A DNA stretch of 64,000 bases from Deltaproteobacteria bacterium (GCA_034670305.1 JAXMNT010000036.1:1-64000), one strand, 5' to 3'; shown: positions 21,795 through 32,810, counted from the first letter of the stretch. Notes: generated from the sequence alone by a model not told the origin. Numbers and translations: made by a program.

Positions 21795-23462
21795 TCAGCG
21801 GGCCCAGCCGAGGAGGATGACGACGCCGATGCTGTTGGGGGGCGCGTCGGGGCGGTCGCCCTGCGCGACGCCGATGCCGATGTAGCGCACCTCGGGATCG
21901 AACGTGGGCTCGAGGCGGCTCGCTTCGCTCACGTCGCCGACGACGGCCATCAATCCGCCGATGCGGCTGAACATCATCGAGAACCGCCGGAGCGATCCGC
22001 TCGCGTCGTCCACCGTGTCCTGCTGGCTCTGGTTCGGGTTCGCGAAGTACTCGGTCGCGGCGTTGCCGGCCGCGGTCTCGAGGTTCTCATCCACTTCGAG
22101 CGCAGACGCCCCTCGCGCCCGGCGACCCGCGTTGATCGCTTCCAGCAGCTCGGCACGTGCATCCGCGGCGTCGATCTCGGCGTTCATGCGGATGAAGACT
22201 TCGGTTGCGACGAACGCGGTCCGCGAGCCCTCGGTCTCCGACACGACGCCGACGCCGACGTGGGTCACCGACCGGTTGAGGATGTTCGCGCGGTGGCCCG
22301 GGCTGGCGAGCAGCCCCTGGTGGATCTCGGTCGGCGAGTACCCTCGGCCGATGTTCTCCAGGATGAGCCCGGAGCGGTAGCCGGCGCGCTCGACGCGGGC
22401 CGGCGCGTCGCCCGTGGTCGGGCTCCGGTGTCCGACGAATCCATTCGCCACCATGTCTTCGCTGTGGGCCCGGGCGACGTCGTCGAGCCCGTCGTGGGCG
22501 CTGAGCGGCCGCAAGCCGGCGCCTTCCCGCGACTCGTTGATGCGGGCGAGTAGCGCGCGCGCCACCGCTGCGGCGTCGCTCATCTCCGAGGCGTCGTCGC
22601 GCACCCGAATCGCCACTTCGCGGGGAGGCTCCACCCCGACGTACACCGGGAAGTTCGCGACCACCGAGTCGCCGCGGGATCCGCGCGCGAGCACCTCGAC
22701 CTGATACGCGCCGGGCGCAGCGAGTGGGACCTCGACCGTGAAGTCGGGCCCTGGGCCGGCGGGCAGCCGTTCCACGTCGGCACCGGGCGGCGCCACCGCC
22801 ACCGTCGGGGTCGAGTAGCCGTCGGAGAGCCGGCCGCGCAGGGTGATCGTGCGGGTCCCCGCGGCGAGCGCGCGCGGCACCGAGTCCAACGTGAGCACTC
22901 GGGTGCTCAGCGTGACGACGACCACGCGAAGGTCCCCCTGGAGCACCACCGCAGCGCCGAAGTGCGTGTAGCGCTGGCGGGCCAAGAACCGGCGCACCCC
23001 ATCGGCGACCGCGACGTCGAGACCGCTGTCGCTGGACTGTCCGAGCACCAACAGATGCGGCACGGGCTCCACGAGGCCGAGGTGGCGCGTGAAGAGTTCG
23101 ATCACCTCGTGGGGAGGCGCTGCGCCGCCCTGGCCGAGGTGCGGCACGATCCACTCGGCCAGCAAGGCCAAACGTTCGTCGCCCTGCAGCAGCACACCCG
23201 CGTCCTGACCCGCATCGCGCACGCCCGAGGCCACCTCATCGGCCGCGGACTCGGCCCGCACACCGCCTGGTTCCGCGGTGGTCTCGTAGCTGTCTCGGCC
23301 GGGGCCCGGCACCGAGATGGTCTCGACGGAGGCGTGTTGCACGTCGCCGTTCTGAGTTCCGCCACCACATGCGACGGCGGCCAGTGACCACACGAACCAC
23401 CAACGTCGTGCGCCGAGGCGCTCCGAACCAGGGAGCGAAGAGAGAGCACCGGAATGCGACAA
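21795..23462 (-). CDS. CAP (SCP-like) domain lipoprotein
   Basis: INESR..AGL, ARAHSEDM..GFVGH, ENI, SPGHRANIL, VGVG; lipobox-like AVAC; start approximate. Confidence 0.82.
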   Translation of the reverse strand: MSHSGALSSLPGSERLGARRWWFVWSLAAVACGGGTQNGDVQHASVETISVPGPGRDSYETTAEPGGVRAESAADEVASGVRDAGQDAGVLLQGDERLALLAEWIVPHLGQGGAAPPHEVIELFTRHLGLVEPVPHLLVLGQSSDSGLDVAVADGVRRFLARQRYTHFGAAVVLQGDLRVVVVTLSTRVLTLDSVPRALAAGTRTITLRGRLSDGYSTPTVAVAPPGADVERLPAGPGPDFTVEVPLAAPGAYQVEVLARGSRGDSVVANFPVYVGVEPPREVAIRVRDDASEMSDAAAVARALLARINESREGAGLRPLSAHDGLDDVARAHSEDMVANGFVGHRSPTTGDAPARVERAGYRSGLILENIGRGYSPTEIHQGLLASPGHRANILNRSVTHVGVGVVSETEGSRTAFVATEVFIRMNAEIDAADARAELLEAINAGRRARGASALEVDENLETAAGNAATEYFANPNQSQQDTVDDASGSLRRFSMMFSRIGGLMAVVGDVSEASRLEPTFDPEVRYIGIGVAQGDRPDAPPNSIGVVILLGWAR

Positions 23463-23465
23463 CGT

Positions 23466-25040
23466 TTACTCCTGGGCCCACGGATCGACCACTTCGACGT
23501 GGCGTGGTTGCACGCGCATCGGAGTGACCTCCGCGGTCTGAGACGGTTCGGTCATGGTGTGCCGACGGGGGCGGGTCATGCCGCTTCGCGGCGCGGGGGA
23601 CTCGATGGGCTCGAGCGCGACCCGCACATCCACGCTCGTCGACGCGAGCCGCACCTGCCGCGGTTCGTGATCCCGCACGCGGAGTTCGAGCATCAGGGCC
23701 TCGCCCTCGGCCGGTCGGTCGAACGACATGGGGGTGTTCCCGACCACCGCGCCGTCGACGACGATCGCAGCCCCGATCGGATCGCTCGTCACCTCGATGC
23801 GAACCATCTCTTCGGCCGGCGCGGGCGGCTCGAGTTCGGCGGCTGGAGCCACCTCGCGTGGCGCGGCGATGCCAGCCGCCGGCGCGTGGCTCGAGTTCTG
23901 AGCCACCTCGGTGTGTCCAGACAAAGCGAACCACGCCCCAGCGCCGGCCCCTCCGACGAGGAGAACGAGCAGCGCACCCACCAACAGCCACGGTGCGGAC
24001 GAACTCTGGCTCGGCGGCGCGGCCATCATCCCTGTCATCCCTGCCGCGACCGCTGGGGAGGGCACCCGCTCGAACGCGACCGCACCGCCAGCGCGGATGG
24101 TGTGGAGATCGGCGACGAGCGCTTCCATCGAGCCGTAGCGATCTTCGGGACGCTTCGCGAGCGCCCGCATCACGACCCCTTCGAGGGGCCCGGCCGCCGC
24201 TTCGATCTCACTGGGACGGGGCGGCTCTTCGAACATGTGTGCGGAGAGGATGCCCATGAACGTGTCGCCGTCGAACGGCACGACGCCGGTACACATCTCG
24301 AAGAGGATCACGCCGAGCGCGTAGATGTCCGCGCGTGCGTCCACGCTCTGTCCGGCCGCCTGCTCAGGCGCCATGTAGTGCGGGGTTCCGAAGACGGTGC
24401 CGGTGCGGGTCAGCTTCGAGTTGGCGCCACCGACCTTGGCGATGCCGAAGTCCAGCACCTTCACGAAGTGGTCGGTCTCGTTTCGATGAATGAGGAACAC
24501 GTTGTCCGGCTTCAGATCGCGGTGGACGATGCCGCGGCTGTGGGCCGCCCCGAGCGCGGACGCCATCTGAAGGCCGATCTCGATCACCATGTCGATCGCC
24601 ATCGGCCCGCGCCGGATGCGTTTCGTCAGTGGCTCGCCCTCGAGGTGTTCCATCACGAAGTAGGCGGAGCCATCGGGCAACCGGCCGAAGTCTGAGATGT
24701 CGACGATGTTCGGATGCCCGATCGCGGTCGACGACGTGGCTTCCTGCTGGAACCGTTGGACGGTGACCTCGTCCCGCGACGCATCGCTGCGCAGCACCTT
24801 GAGCGCCATGCGCTTGTTCAATGCGACGTGGGTGATCAGGTAGACCACGCCCATGCCGCCCGCACCGAGCGTGGAGTCGATCCGGTAGCGTCCGTCGATC
24901 GTCTTGCCGATCAGCGGATCGAGGGGCTGGCTCGTCTCGGGGACGGGCTGCAACTCCGAGCCATCCTGCGGGCAGAACCGAACTTCGGAGGTGAAGCGGG
25001 AGCCACACGACGCGCAGTGGTAGGTCTGAACGGTCATCAA
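23466..25040 (-). CDS. Ser/Thr protein kinase: N-terminal zinc ribbon, TM segment, PEGA domain
   Basis: CASC..CPQD, GAGGMG, ALK, HRDLKPDN, DFG, GTPHYMAPE; TM; SDPIGA PEGA. Confidence 0.92.
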   Translation of the reverse strand: MMTVQTYHCASCGSRFTSEVRFCPQDGSELQPVPETSQPLDPLIGKTIDGRYRIDSTLGAGGMGVVYLITHVALNKRMALKVLRSDASRDEVTVQRFQQEATSSTAIGHPNIVDISDFGRLPDGSAYFVMEHLEGEPLTKRIRRGPMAIDMVIEIGLQMASALGAAHSRGIVHRDLKPDNVFLIHRNETDHFVKVLDFGIAKVGGANSKLTRTGTVFGTPHYMAPEQAAGQSVDARADIYALGVILFEMCTGVVPFDGDTFMGILSAHMFEEPPRPSEIEAAAGPLEGVVMRALAKRPEDRYGSMEALVADLHTIRAGGAVAFERVPSPAVAAGMTGMMAAPPSQSSSAPWLLVGALLVLLVGGAGAGAWFALSGHTEVAQNSSHAPAAGIAAPREVAPAAELEPPAPAEEMVRIEVTSDPIGAAIVVDGAVVGNTPMSFDRPAEGEALMLELRVRDHEPRQVRLASTSVDVRVALEPIESPAPRSGMTRPRRHTMTEPSQTAEVTPMRVQPRHVEVVDPWAQE

Positions 25041-25125
25041 ACGTGGGAAATGGGGTCAACCGGCGTCGGCTGGCCTCGCCCTGGCAGGGTACTCCAAGAC
25101 GGAGCGGACTGTCTCCTGCGGAAGG

Positions 25126-25344
25126 CTATTCGCCGGCATCCCCAGCGCTGGCATCCCCAGCGTCGACCTCGCCGCCGTCGCCGGCGTCGCGTGCTTCACC
25201 GCACACGCCGCCCGCGCACACGAGTTCGCCCTCGCACTGCGTGTCGCGGGTGCAGGGGTCGCCCGGTCCGGTGGAGTCCTCGAACCCGCACTGCGGAGTG
25301 GCGACAAGCGCCAGCCCGAGCGCGGTTGCGAGGACCCAGGCCAT
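25126..25344 (-). CDS. Small secreted Cys-rich protein
   Basis: Hydrophobic leader, GDPCTRDTQCEGELVCAGGVC, DAG tail; abuts the stop of the upstream gene. Confidence 0.65.
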   Translation of the reverse strand: MAWVLATALGLALVATPQCGFEDSTGPGDPCTRDTQCEGELVCAGGVCGEARDAGDGGEVDAGDASAGDAGE

Positions 25345-26589
25345 TCAGTCTCCGAGGCTGGTGCCGCAGCCGGAGCAGAACCGACCGCCTGGGGCGTTCT
25401 GAGATCCGCAGGACGGACAGAACTTCGGAGCCGGTGAGAGTCCGGTACCGCATTCGGCGCAGAACTTCCCGGCCGGCACACTCGCGCTGCATCCCGGACA
25501 CGACACCTTGCCGTCCGCGCCCGCTTGAAGGGGCGGGGGTGGTGCCGCGGGTGCGGCCGCGGGCGCACCGGGGGTCATCGCGCCAGCGAATGCTTGGGCC
25601 ATACCGAACCCCGCGCCGAGTCCTGCGCCGGCCATCATGCCGCCGCCGCCGCCGCCCTCGCCGGGACCCTGCGCCATGCCGGCGCCGGCACCGATCATCG
25701 CCTTGCCAGCCGCCATCTTGCCGAAGTCGCCGCCGGCCAACCCGGTGTAGCGCGCGTCCTGCTGGAACTCTTGGTCGAGTTCGAACTGCTTCTGCTGTGC
25801 TTCGGCCTGGGCCTTCGCGATCGCGATCTGCGCGATGCGGGCTTCGCGCTTCGCCTGGCCGATCTCGCCCTGCGCCGCCTTGAGCGTCTCTTTGTCCTCA
25901 GGGCTGAGGTTGATGTCGAAGTCGCTGACCTGGAGGATCTTGACGCCGATGTTCTCGAGCTCGGGCGCGTGCTGCTCGAACATGCGCGCCAGCTGACTCT
26001 GCAGCGCCATGAGCTGGAGGAGACTCTTGCCTTCGGTCTGACAGACGTGGCCGACCACCGTCTTCACCGAGTTCTTGAAGCAGTCCTTGATCCAGGTGAG
26101 CACCTGCTCGTTGGATGTCAGCCCGCGCATGCCGACGTAGTTCACGATGAACCGTGCGGGATCCACGATCTGAATCGCGAACTTGCCGAAGATGCGGGGC
26201 GTGACGAGCTCGCCGAGCATCGGGTCTTCCATCATGCCGAGCTCGCCCCCGAAGGGCAGGTCGTAGACCGGCTTCATCGTGACGAAATAGAGGTCGGTGA
26301 TGAAGATGTTCCCGCCGGTCACCTTGTCGATGAGCTGGCCGAGGAACGGGATGTTCTGGGAGGAGAGCTGATGTCGCTGTCCGGCACCCGCGGTCCGCAT
26401 CACGCCAACGACGGACCCGTCGCGGAAGAACACCGCAGCTTCGTCGGCATCGACGGTCAGCTGCGCATAGTTGGGGATCGTCTGCTCGGGGTGTTTAAAG
26501 ATGATGAGATCTTTTTTGTCGTCAGGACGATGGATGAGCATCTCCTGCACACCGTCTTTGACGAACCCGAACACTCTTCCGAGCACCAT
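25345..26589 (-). CDS. SPFH (YdjI-like) domain protein with double zinc ribbon
   Basis: AQLTVDADEAAVFFRDG, LSSQNIPFL, YFV; GxGxG-rich segment; four CxxC motifs at the C-terminus. Confidence 0.85.
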   Translation of the reverse strand: MVLGRVFGFVKDGVQEMLIHRPDDKKDLIIFKHPEQTIPNYAQLTVDADEAAVFFRDGSVVGVMRTAGAGQRHQLSSQNIPFLGQLIDKVTGGNIFITDLYFVTMKPVYDLPFGGELGMMEDPMLGELVTPRIFGKFAIQIVDPARFIVNYVGMRGLTSNEQVLTWIKDCFKNSVKTVVGHVCQTEGKSLLQLMALQSQLARMFEQHAPELENIGVKILQVSDFDINLSPEDKETLKAAQGEIGQAKREARIAQIAIAKAQAEAQQKQFELDQEFQQDARYTGLAGGDFGKMAAGKAMIGAGAGMAQGPGEGGGGGGMMAGAGLGAGFGMAQAFAGAMTPGAPAAAPAAPPPPLQAGADGKVSCPGCSASVPAGKFCAECGTGLSPAPKFCPSCGSQNAPGGRFCSGCGTSLGD

Positions 26590-26844
26590 GCCGTTCTCCC
26601 GTTCAGCGCCGACGCTCGTCGGCGGGCTGTAGCTTCCGCGGTTTGGACCCCTCTGTCTTCCCCGGACGTGAAGCGGGACCATCCTAACCATGCGGGGCCC
26701 CGATCGGAAGGGATGAGTGATCCTTCCGCGAAACGGCGGGGCGGAGACACGGGAACGCAAGCGATCCAAGGGCGCGGGCGAGGTGAGGGCAGCGCGGAAG
26801 AATGAATGCGGAACCCTCGGCAAAAGTCGGTGTCGGATGTCAGG

Positions 26845-29175
26845 ATGAACCGAATGCCCCGCCTCTTCGCCGCCCTCGTGTGCCTGCTCGCCGCACCCGC
26901 GGCTGGGCAGACGGCGGCGCAACCCGAAGCCGGTGCAGGGCTCGACCGGCCGGCCAGCGACGCAGACGCGGTGCAGCAACTTCTGCCGGAGGGCGACTCC
27001 GAGTTCGACCCGATCGGGACCGGAGACACCGCGAGCCTTCGGCACGTGCGTCCGCCGGAGCGGCCCACCGTGGACGAATCCCACCTCGGACCGGCGCCCC
27101 CGTTGGCGGAGATTCAGTCGGGCGAGATCGTGCGGGCGATCGCAGGGGTGCGGATTCGAGAACACCGCATCCATGTGCATCTCGTGGACGGGCTGGCGGT
27201 CGTGGACGAGCGGCTGCACTTCCATTCCCGCGCCCGCCATCCAGCCGAGGTCCGAGTGCATCTCGCGGTGCCGGAGGGCACGTCGGTGGCCCATCTGCAG
27301 GTCTGTCGAGATGCGGCGGCGGGTGAGCGGCGCACCGAGTCCACGGAACAACGGTGCCGCACCGCGCTGCCGGGAAGCGCCGATGCGTACGACGAAGTGG
27401 TCCGGGCGCGCTCACCCGGCACGCGCCCTCCCCCGGTCGCACGCGCCCGCCCGGTCTCGGGCGCGCTCCAACTCGATGTGGCGCCGGTCGAGCGGGGCGT
27501 ACCGATGTTCGTTCACCTGCGCTGGGTGGCGCCCCTCGCGATCCGCGGCGGGGTGGCGCGCCTCGACATCCCCCGACGCGGCAACGACCTGCGCGCGGTC
27601 GAGATGCAGGTGACGTTGTCCACCGAGGGACTGCTCGTGCCCACCCTTCAGGACGCTCCTGCGGGCGCGGGGACCGTCGTGAACATTCGACCTTGGGACG
27701 AGTTGCAGGCGTCGGCCCAGGTGCCCGCAGGCGGTGCGCCCCAGATCGTTGCGCATCGGTTCGCGTGTGCCCCCACCGATGGGTCCCCGCAGTGCGCACG
27801 GGTCTTCGCGACCGCCGGCCCGAGGCCCGCTGAACGCCAGGACGTCGTGCTTCTTCTCGATGTCTCCCCGTCGACCTTCGGCCCAGCGCGCGGACGCACG
27901 CCCGCTGCGATCGCCGCGCTGCTTCGCACCCTTCCCCCCGAGAGCCGCGTGCGCGCGGTGGCGTTTGCTGGCCGGGCGCAGGCGTTGATCGAAGAGCCCA
28001 CCGCACCGGCCGACGTCCCGATGATGGCGATGGGTTCGCTCGGCGGCGCGGTGGTGGCCAACGGCGGCACGACCTCGCTCGGAGCAGCGACGCGGTTCGA
28101 CGCGGCGTGGGCCGTCGTGCGCCCGTGGCTGGCCTCTGCACGCCGTGGACACCCGCTGCACCTCGTCGTGGTGGGCGACGGCGGCCTCACCCGCGGACCC
28201 GATGCCGACCGCGCCCTGAGAGCCGCGCGTCAGGCTGGGGTCCGGATGAGCGTGCTCAACCTCGGCGACCGTCCAGCGACGGGGCAACTGGTGGAGGCGG
28301 CGCGATCGTTTGGCGGCATCGTCGCCAACGTCGGTCCCGAAGCCGACCTCGCCGCCCGCGGCCGAGACACGCGGCGCCTCGAAGAAGCACTCGCCTCCCT
28401 CTTCGCGCCCCAGGTGGGCGGTGACGTGACCGTTCGGGTCGGGCGGGACTCGATCGTGCTGCCGGCCATGCGCGCCGGAGAGTCACGTGTGTGGCAGGGG
28501 CCGGCAACCGGGTTGCTCACCGCCCAGCACGGGCGGCAGCGGATCCGATTGCGCCGCCCCGCCACCGAGACGCCGAGCTGGGCCGCCGCCATCGGAAGCG
28601 CAGTCACCGGCCAGGACACCTGGACCGCCATCGCCCGCGAGGACCGCGCCACCGTCACCGCCGAGTCCGCGGCACAGTGCGATCCGCGCGGTCCGGCGAT
28701 GCGTGCCGGCGGCATCTCGAGCGACGAACATCCGGTGGCACCGGCCGGTCCCCGAGCCTGTGTGCCGCCCCCGCCCGCACCGGTTCAGCGCAGCCTCGGC
28801 CGCGGCGTGCCGGCCGAGACCGTGCTCTCGATGTTGCGACAGCGCATGGTGCCAGCGAGCCGCGCGTGTTTCCGGCGAGACCGCGCCGGTCGACGCGACT
28901 ACGCGGTCCGCGTGGTATTCCACTTCGAACTCGCCGATGGCGAGGTCGTGCTCGCGGACGTCTCGGGAGAGATCCAGCCAGCGCTGCGCAGCTGCCTACT
29001 CGACACCTTGGACCGGCTCGAGGTCCCGCGGTTCGAAGGCACGATCATCGTGCGCTGGCCAGTGCACACCGAACGGGATGTGCCCACCGTGACGTGGGAA
29101 CTTCGCGGCGACGTCGCCGACGCAGTCGACCAAGCGTTGGGCGACGACCGAAACACCGGCACGCCGGAGATCTGA
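26845..29175 (+). CDS. Secreted VIT-like + VWA protein with C-terminal AgmX/PglI (TonB-C-like) domain
   Basis: Signal peptide; LLDVSPS MIDAS-like motif, VGDG; C-terminal SRACF...SCLLDTL..LEVPRF. Confidence 0.65.
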   Translation: MNRMPRLFAALVCLLAAPAAGQTAAQPEAGAGLDRPASDADAVQQLLPEGDSEFDPIGTGDTASLRHVRPPERPTVDESHLGPAPPLAEIQSGEIVRAIAGVRIREHRIHVHLVDGLAVVDERLHFHSRARHPAEVRVHLAVPEGTSVAHLQVCRDAAAGERRTESTEQRCRTALPGSADAYDEVVRARSPGTRPPPVARARPVSGALQLDVAPVERGVPMFVHLRWVAPLAIRGGVARLDIPRRGNDLRAVEMQVTLSTEGLLVPTLQDAPAGAGTVVNIRPWDELQASAQVPAGGAPQIVAHRFACAPTDGSPQCARVFATAGPRPAERQDVVLLLDVSPSTFGPARGRTPAAIAALLRTLPPESRVRAVAFAGRAQALIEEPTAPADVPMMAMGSLGGAVVANGGTTSLGAATRFDAAWAVVRPWLASARRGHPLHLVVVGDGGLTRGPDADRALRAARQAGVRMSVLNLGDRPATGQLVEAARSFGGIVANVGPEADLAARGRDTRRLEEALASLFAPQVGGDVTVRVGRDSIVLPAMRAGESRVWQGPATGLLTAQHGRQRIRLRRPATETPSWAAAIGSAVTGQDTWTAIAREDRATVTAESAAQCDPRGPAMRAGGISSDEHPVAPAGPRACVPPPPAPVQRSLGRGVPAETVLSMLRQRMVPASRACFRRDRAGRRDYAVRVVFHFELADGEVVLADVSGEIQPALRSCLLDTLDRLEVPRFEGTIIVRWPVHTERDVPTVTWELRGDVADAVDQALGDDRNTGTPEI

Positions 29176-29179
29176 CCTC

Positions 29180-29461
29180 CCGGCGGCGGCGTCGGCTTCG
29201 GCGTCGGCATCGGCTTCGGCTTCGGCGTCGGCTTCGGCGTCGGCTTCGGCTTCGGCGTCGGCTTCGGCTTCAGCTTCGGCGTCGGCTTCGGCTTCGGCTT
29301 CGGCTTCGGCTTCGGCTTCGGCGTCGGCTTCGGCTTCGGCTTCGGCGTCGGCTTCGGCTTCGGCTTCGGCTTCGGGATCGGCTTCGGCGTCGGCTTCGGC
29401 TTCGGCTTCGGCGTCGGCGTCGGCCTCACAAGGGCAAGGGCAAGGGCAGGGGCAGGGGCAG
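29180..29461. repeat. Bipartite tract: (GGCTTC)n followed by (GGGCAA/GGGCAG)n, between convergent genes
   Basis: Directly visible at about 29180-29425 and 29431-29461. Confidence 0.95.
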
Positions 29462-29484
29462 CCTGCTTTGCCCGCCCCTGCGCT

Positions 29485-30021
29485 CTAGCGCGCGGCGTGG
29501 CGGACCCGAGGGTCCGGGTGGTCGGCGAACTGCGCGGCGCGGGCGGAGAGGGTCTCTGAGGACGAGGCCCGGCCGGCGACCACGGCAGCACTCAAGAGGA
29601 TCGGATGCGACGCCTCGTCGTCCAGCACGTCCGTGATCAACGCACGCGTCTCTTCCGAGTCGTCGCGCAACATCGAGAGCGCGCGGGCACGAATGACGAG
29701 CCAACGATCGTGCGTTGCCACCCAGCGCGCCGCCGCCGGATCGACTTCCGTCGGCAGGTCCGCGGTGTGCCTCGCGCGCAGGCGTTGAGCGAGCGTGCGC
29801 GCGCTCCACGGTGCGTTGGTCCAGTCCGCGTCGCGGGTCGGCGAGGTCGCACGCGCGACAGAAGGCGCGGATGCCGGGGCCGGCGACTCGGTCGTCGGCG
29901 CCTCGGTCGGGGCCTCGGTCGCGGTCGGAAGCAGCGCTTGCTCCACCGGTGCCGCCCCTTCCCCACACGCGAACATCAAGCAGGCCGCCGAGACCCATCG
30001 CATCTGCAATCGCCAGTTCAT
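29485..30021 (-). CDS. Hypothetical lipoprotein with helical (HEAT-like) C-terminus
   Basis: Lipobox MFAC; 4-nt overlap with the upstream protease gene. Confidence 0.55.
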   Translation of the reverse strand: MNWRLQMRWVSAACLMFACGEGAAPVEQALLPTATEAPTEAPTTESPAPASAPSVARATSPTRDADWTNAPWSARTLAQRLRARHTADLPTEVDPAAARWVATHDRWLVIRARALSMLRDDSEETRALITDVLDDEASHPILLSAAVVAGRASSSETLSARAAQFADHPDPRVRHAAR

Positions 30022-31157
30022 CGGGTCACCGGGCTGAGCTGGATCAACCGCCGCTGAGCGGTCGACAGGGTGCGCTGCGAGAACTCGAGCGCCGACAACC
30101 AGAACATCAGGTTCTGCCCGTCGGCGAACTCACACTCTTCCGCGGTGAGCTCTCCGTCCTCGTCGAGATCGAAGCTCACGTCGCATTCCGGCGTGTCCCC
30201 GATCTCGTCGAAGATGTCGCCGGTGTCCTCGGTGGTGTGAAAGAGCCCGATCTGGTGACCGACCTCGTGCGAGGCGGTCTCGGCGAGGAGTACCGGGTCG
30301 AGAAACCCTTCGTCGTCGATGTGCGCATCGACCGCCACGATCACCCCGCTCGACACCGTGCCGACCACGCCGTTCGGACCTGGGATGCCAGCCGCGAACC
30401 CGAGCGTGAACGGCTCGTCGGCGAAGCCCTGGATCAGATAGACCAGGATCTGGAGTTCGTCCGCCGGGACGTAGGACGCGCGCACCGCGGCTGCACCGGC
30501 GCCCTCCGCGTTGACGAACGCGGGACCCGGGACCGCAGCGATCTCGATCCGAGAGTCGATGCCCGCGTCGCTGAAGACGAGCGCCATCTCGTCGCGGAGT
30601 TCTTCCACGGTGACCTCGCCGAGATCGGTGTCGCCGACCACCACCACCGTCACATGCAACGAACCACCGGCCGGGCGGCGCCGCGAGACGATGTGAAGGA
30701 TGCCTCGTCGCGCGGAGAGGTCTTCGTCGGACACGCCCTGAATCGTGGTGCAGCCAGGTGCGATCGAAGAGTCTTCGTTCGCGGGCAAAGCCACCGCACC
30801 GGCCGGGTTGAGTGTGTGGAAGTAAGGCGCGGTCTCGCCGAAGGGGTCCGCTTCGTTGTCCAGGTAGACGACGTCTCCTTGGCGCAGCGTGCCGATGGCG
30901 GTGAAGCTCTCGCCCGCTTCGACGACGAGCAAGAGCGACTCGAGATCCCGGGGGACCCCGAACTCGAGCAGGTCGCTCGCCGAGCCGCCGCCGCGAACGG
31001 CCTCCCAGTCGATGGCCACCTGTTCGTGGGTGACCTCGCCGGCGAAGCCGATGTCTTCGAGTTCTTCACACCCGCCGGTCGGCGGATCGGGGTCGTCTTT
31101 GCAGCCAACGAGGGCGCAGCACGCCAACGCGATCGCTGCTGCACGGAGAGAGGTCAT
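30018..31157 (-). CDS. Metzincin zinc metalloprotease lipoprotein (M43-like)
   Basis: Lipobox LVGC; HEVGHQIGLFH, DTPEC, NLM Met-turn. Confidence 0.8.
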   Translation of the reverse strand: MTSLRAAAIALACCALVGCKDDPDPPTGGCEELEDIGFAGEVTHEQVAIDWEAVRGGGSASDLLEFGVPRDLESLLLVVEAGESFTAIGTLRQGDVVYLDNEADPFGETAPYFHTLNPAGAVALPANEDSSIAPGCTTIQGVSDEDLSARRGILHIVSRRRPAGGSLHVTVVVVGDTDLGEVTVEELRDEMALVFSDAGIDSRIEIAAVPGPAFVNAEGAGAAAVRASYVPADELQILVYLIQGFADEPFTLGFAAGIPGPNGVVGTVSSGVIVAVDAHIDDEGFLDPVLLAETASHEVGHQIGLFHTTEDTGDIFDEIGDTPECDVSFDLDEDGELTAEECEFADGQNLMFWLSALEFSQRTLSTAQRRLIQLSPVTR

Positions 31158-32758
31158 TCTTCCTCCGGACGACCGCTCGCAGGACCGGGTCCGCTCGGTG
31201 TCGCCGCCGCGCGCGCAAGCACGCTGTGTTTGCGGCCGTAGCCGAAGTAGATCGCGAATCCGATCGCGAGCCAGATGAGAAGGCGCAGCCATGTGTCGAG
31301 GGGAAGCCCAATCATCACCCAAAGACAGGCCAGCGCGCCAGCCCCCCCGATCAGCCACGGCGCCGGCACCTTGAACGCACGTTGTACGTCCGGTTCGGTG
31401 TGGCGAAGAATGGGTACACCCAGGCACACGAGCACGAACGCGAGCAGGGTGCCGATGCTGACGAGCTCCCCCACGAGGTGGATCGGGATGAACCCGCCGC
31501 AGATCGCGACGAACACCCCGGTCACGACGGTCGCGACGTGGGGCGTGTGGTGTTTCTCATGGGTCCGATGGAACCAAGGCAAGAGGCCATCGCGACTGAT
31601 GGCGTAAAAGATCCGGGTCTGCCCGAGCATCATCACGAGGATGACGCTCGTCAGGCCGGCGAGCGCGCCGATCTTCACCATCGCGGTGAAACCCTTCTGT
31701 GCGGACGGCGACCAACCGCGGAGCTCCACGATGCGATCGATGCCGACCGCGATCGGATCCGCGACGTCCAGGCCCTCGTAGTGCACGACGCCCGTGAGCA
31801 CGATCGCGACGCCGACGTACAGCAGCGTGCAGATCACGAGAGAGCTGAGGATGCCGATGGGCAAGTCGCGCTTCGGGTTGCGGGTCTCCTGCGCCGTGGT
31901 GGAGACCGCGTCGAAGCCGATGTACGCGAAGAACACCACCCCCGCACCGGTGAGCACACCACCCATGCCCCAGCCGTATCGGGCTCCCTCGGCCGTCTGC
32001 TGCACGGCGGGCACGAGCGCGCCGAGGCCGGTCGCCGCGTCGTTCACGAACAAGTTCTCTCCACTGACGACCCCGATGCCGAGCAGCACGAAGACGATCA
32101 CGATGGTGACCTTCACGATGACGATCAGGTTGTTCACCCACGCAGCTTCTTTGATGCCTCGGTAGATCACGGCCGCGGCGAAGAGGGCGATGAAAGTCGC
32201 GGGCATGTTCCAGTACCCAGCGGCTTCGACGCCGCTGGCGAGTTCGACGGTTTCGAACGGGCCCTTCGTGAATCGTAAGAACGTGTCGCTGAACTCGATG
32301 CCGAAGTTCTTGTGCAACAGCGAGTAGAGGTAGCCGCCCCACGCCTCGGACACCGTGACCGCGCCGAACGCGTACTCGAGCACGAGATCCCAACCGACGA
32401 TCCACGCGATGAGTTCACCCATGGTGGTGTAGGTGTAGGCGTACGCCGATCCCGCGACTGGGATCATGGAGGCGAGCTCCGCGTAGCAGAGGCCGGCGAG
32501 CGCGCAGAGAATGCCGCCGACCACGAAGCTGAACACGATGCCGGGACCGGCGTATTGCGCCGCCGCGGTGCCGGTCAGCGAGAAGATGCCCGCGCCGATG
32601 ATGGCGCCCACACCGAGCATCGCCAGGTTGAACGCGCCGAGGCTGCGCTTGAGTCCGCCGGACACCGCGACGTCGTCTTCGTGGCCGTGTTCCGCGCGGT
32701 TCGGATCACCGGCTTCCGCGATGACTTCGGCCAAGTTCTTTTTCCGCAGCAGCGACAT
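31154..32758 (-). CDS. APC-family amino acid permease
   Basis: GAIIGAGIF, GSAYAY, FFAYIGFD, many TM helices. Confidence 0.93.
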   Translation of the reverse strand: MSLLRKKNLAEVIAEAGDPNRAEHGHEDDVAVSGGLKRSLGAFNLAMLGVGAIIGAGIFSLTGTAAAQYAGPGIVFSFVVGGILCALAGLCYAELASMIPVAGSAYAYTYTTMGELIAWIVGWDLVLEYAFGAVTVSEAWGGYLYSLLHKNFGIEFSDTFLRFTKGPFETVELASGVEAAGYWNMPATFIALFAAAVIYRGIKEAAWVNNLIVIVKVTIVIVFVLLGIGVVSGENLFVNDAATGLGALVPAVQQTAEGARYGWGMGGVLTGAGVVFFAYIGFDAVSTTAQETRNPKRDLPIGILSSLVICTLLYVGVAIVLTGVVHYEGLDVADPIAVGIDRIVELRGWSPSAQKGFTAMVKIGALAGLTSVILVMMLGQTRIFYAISRDGLLPWFHRTHEKHHTPHVATVVTGVFVAICGGFIPIHLVGELVSIGTLLAFVLVCLGVPILRHTEPDVQRAFKVPAPWLIGGAGALACLWVMIGLPLDTWLRLLIWLAIGFAIYFGYGRKHSVLARAAATPSGPGPASGRPEEE

Positions 32759-32810
32759 GGCGCGAGAGGGTCGCCGGAGATCGCCGATTGCTCAAGTGTC
32801 TCTGCGGCCA

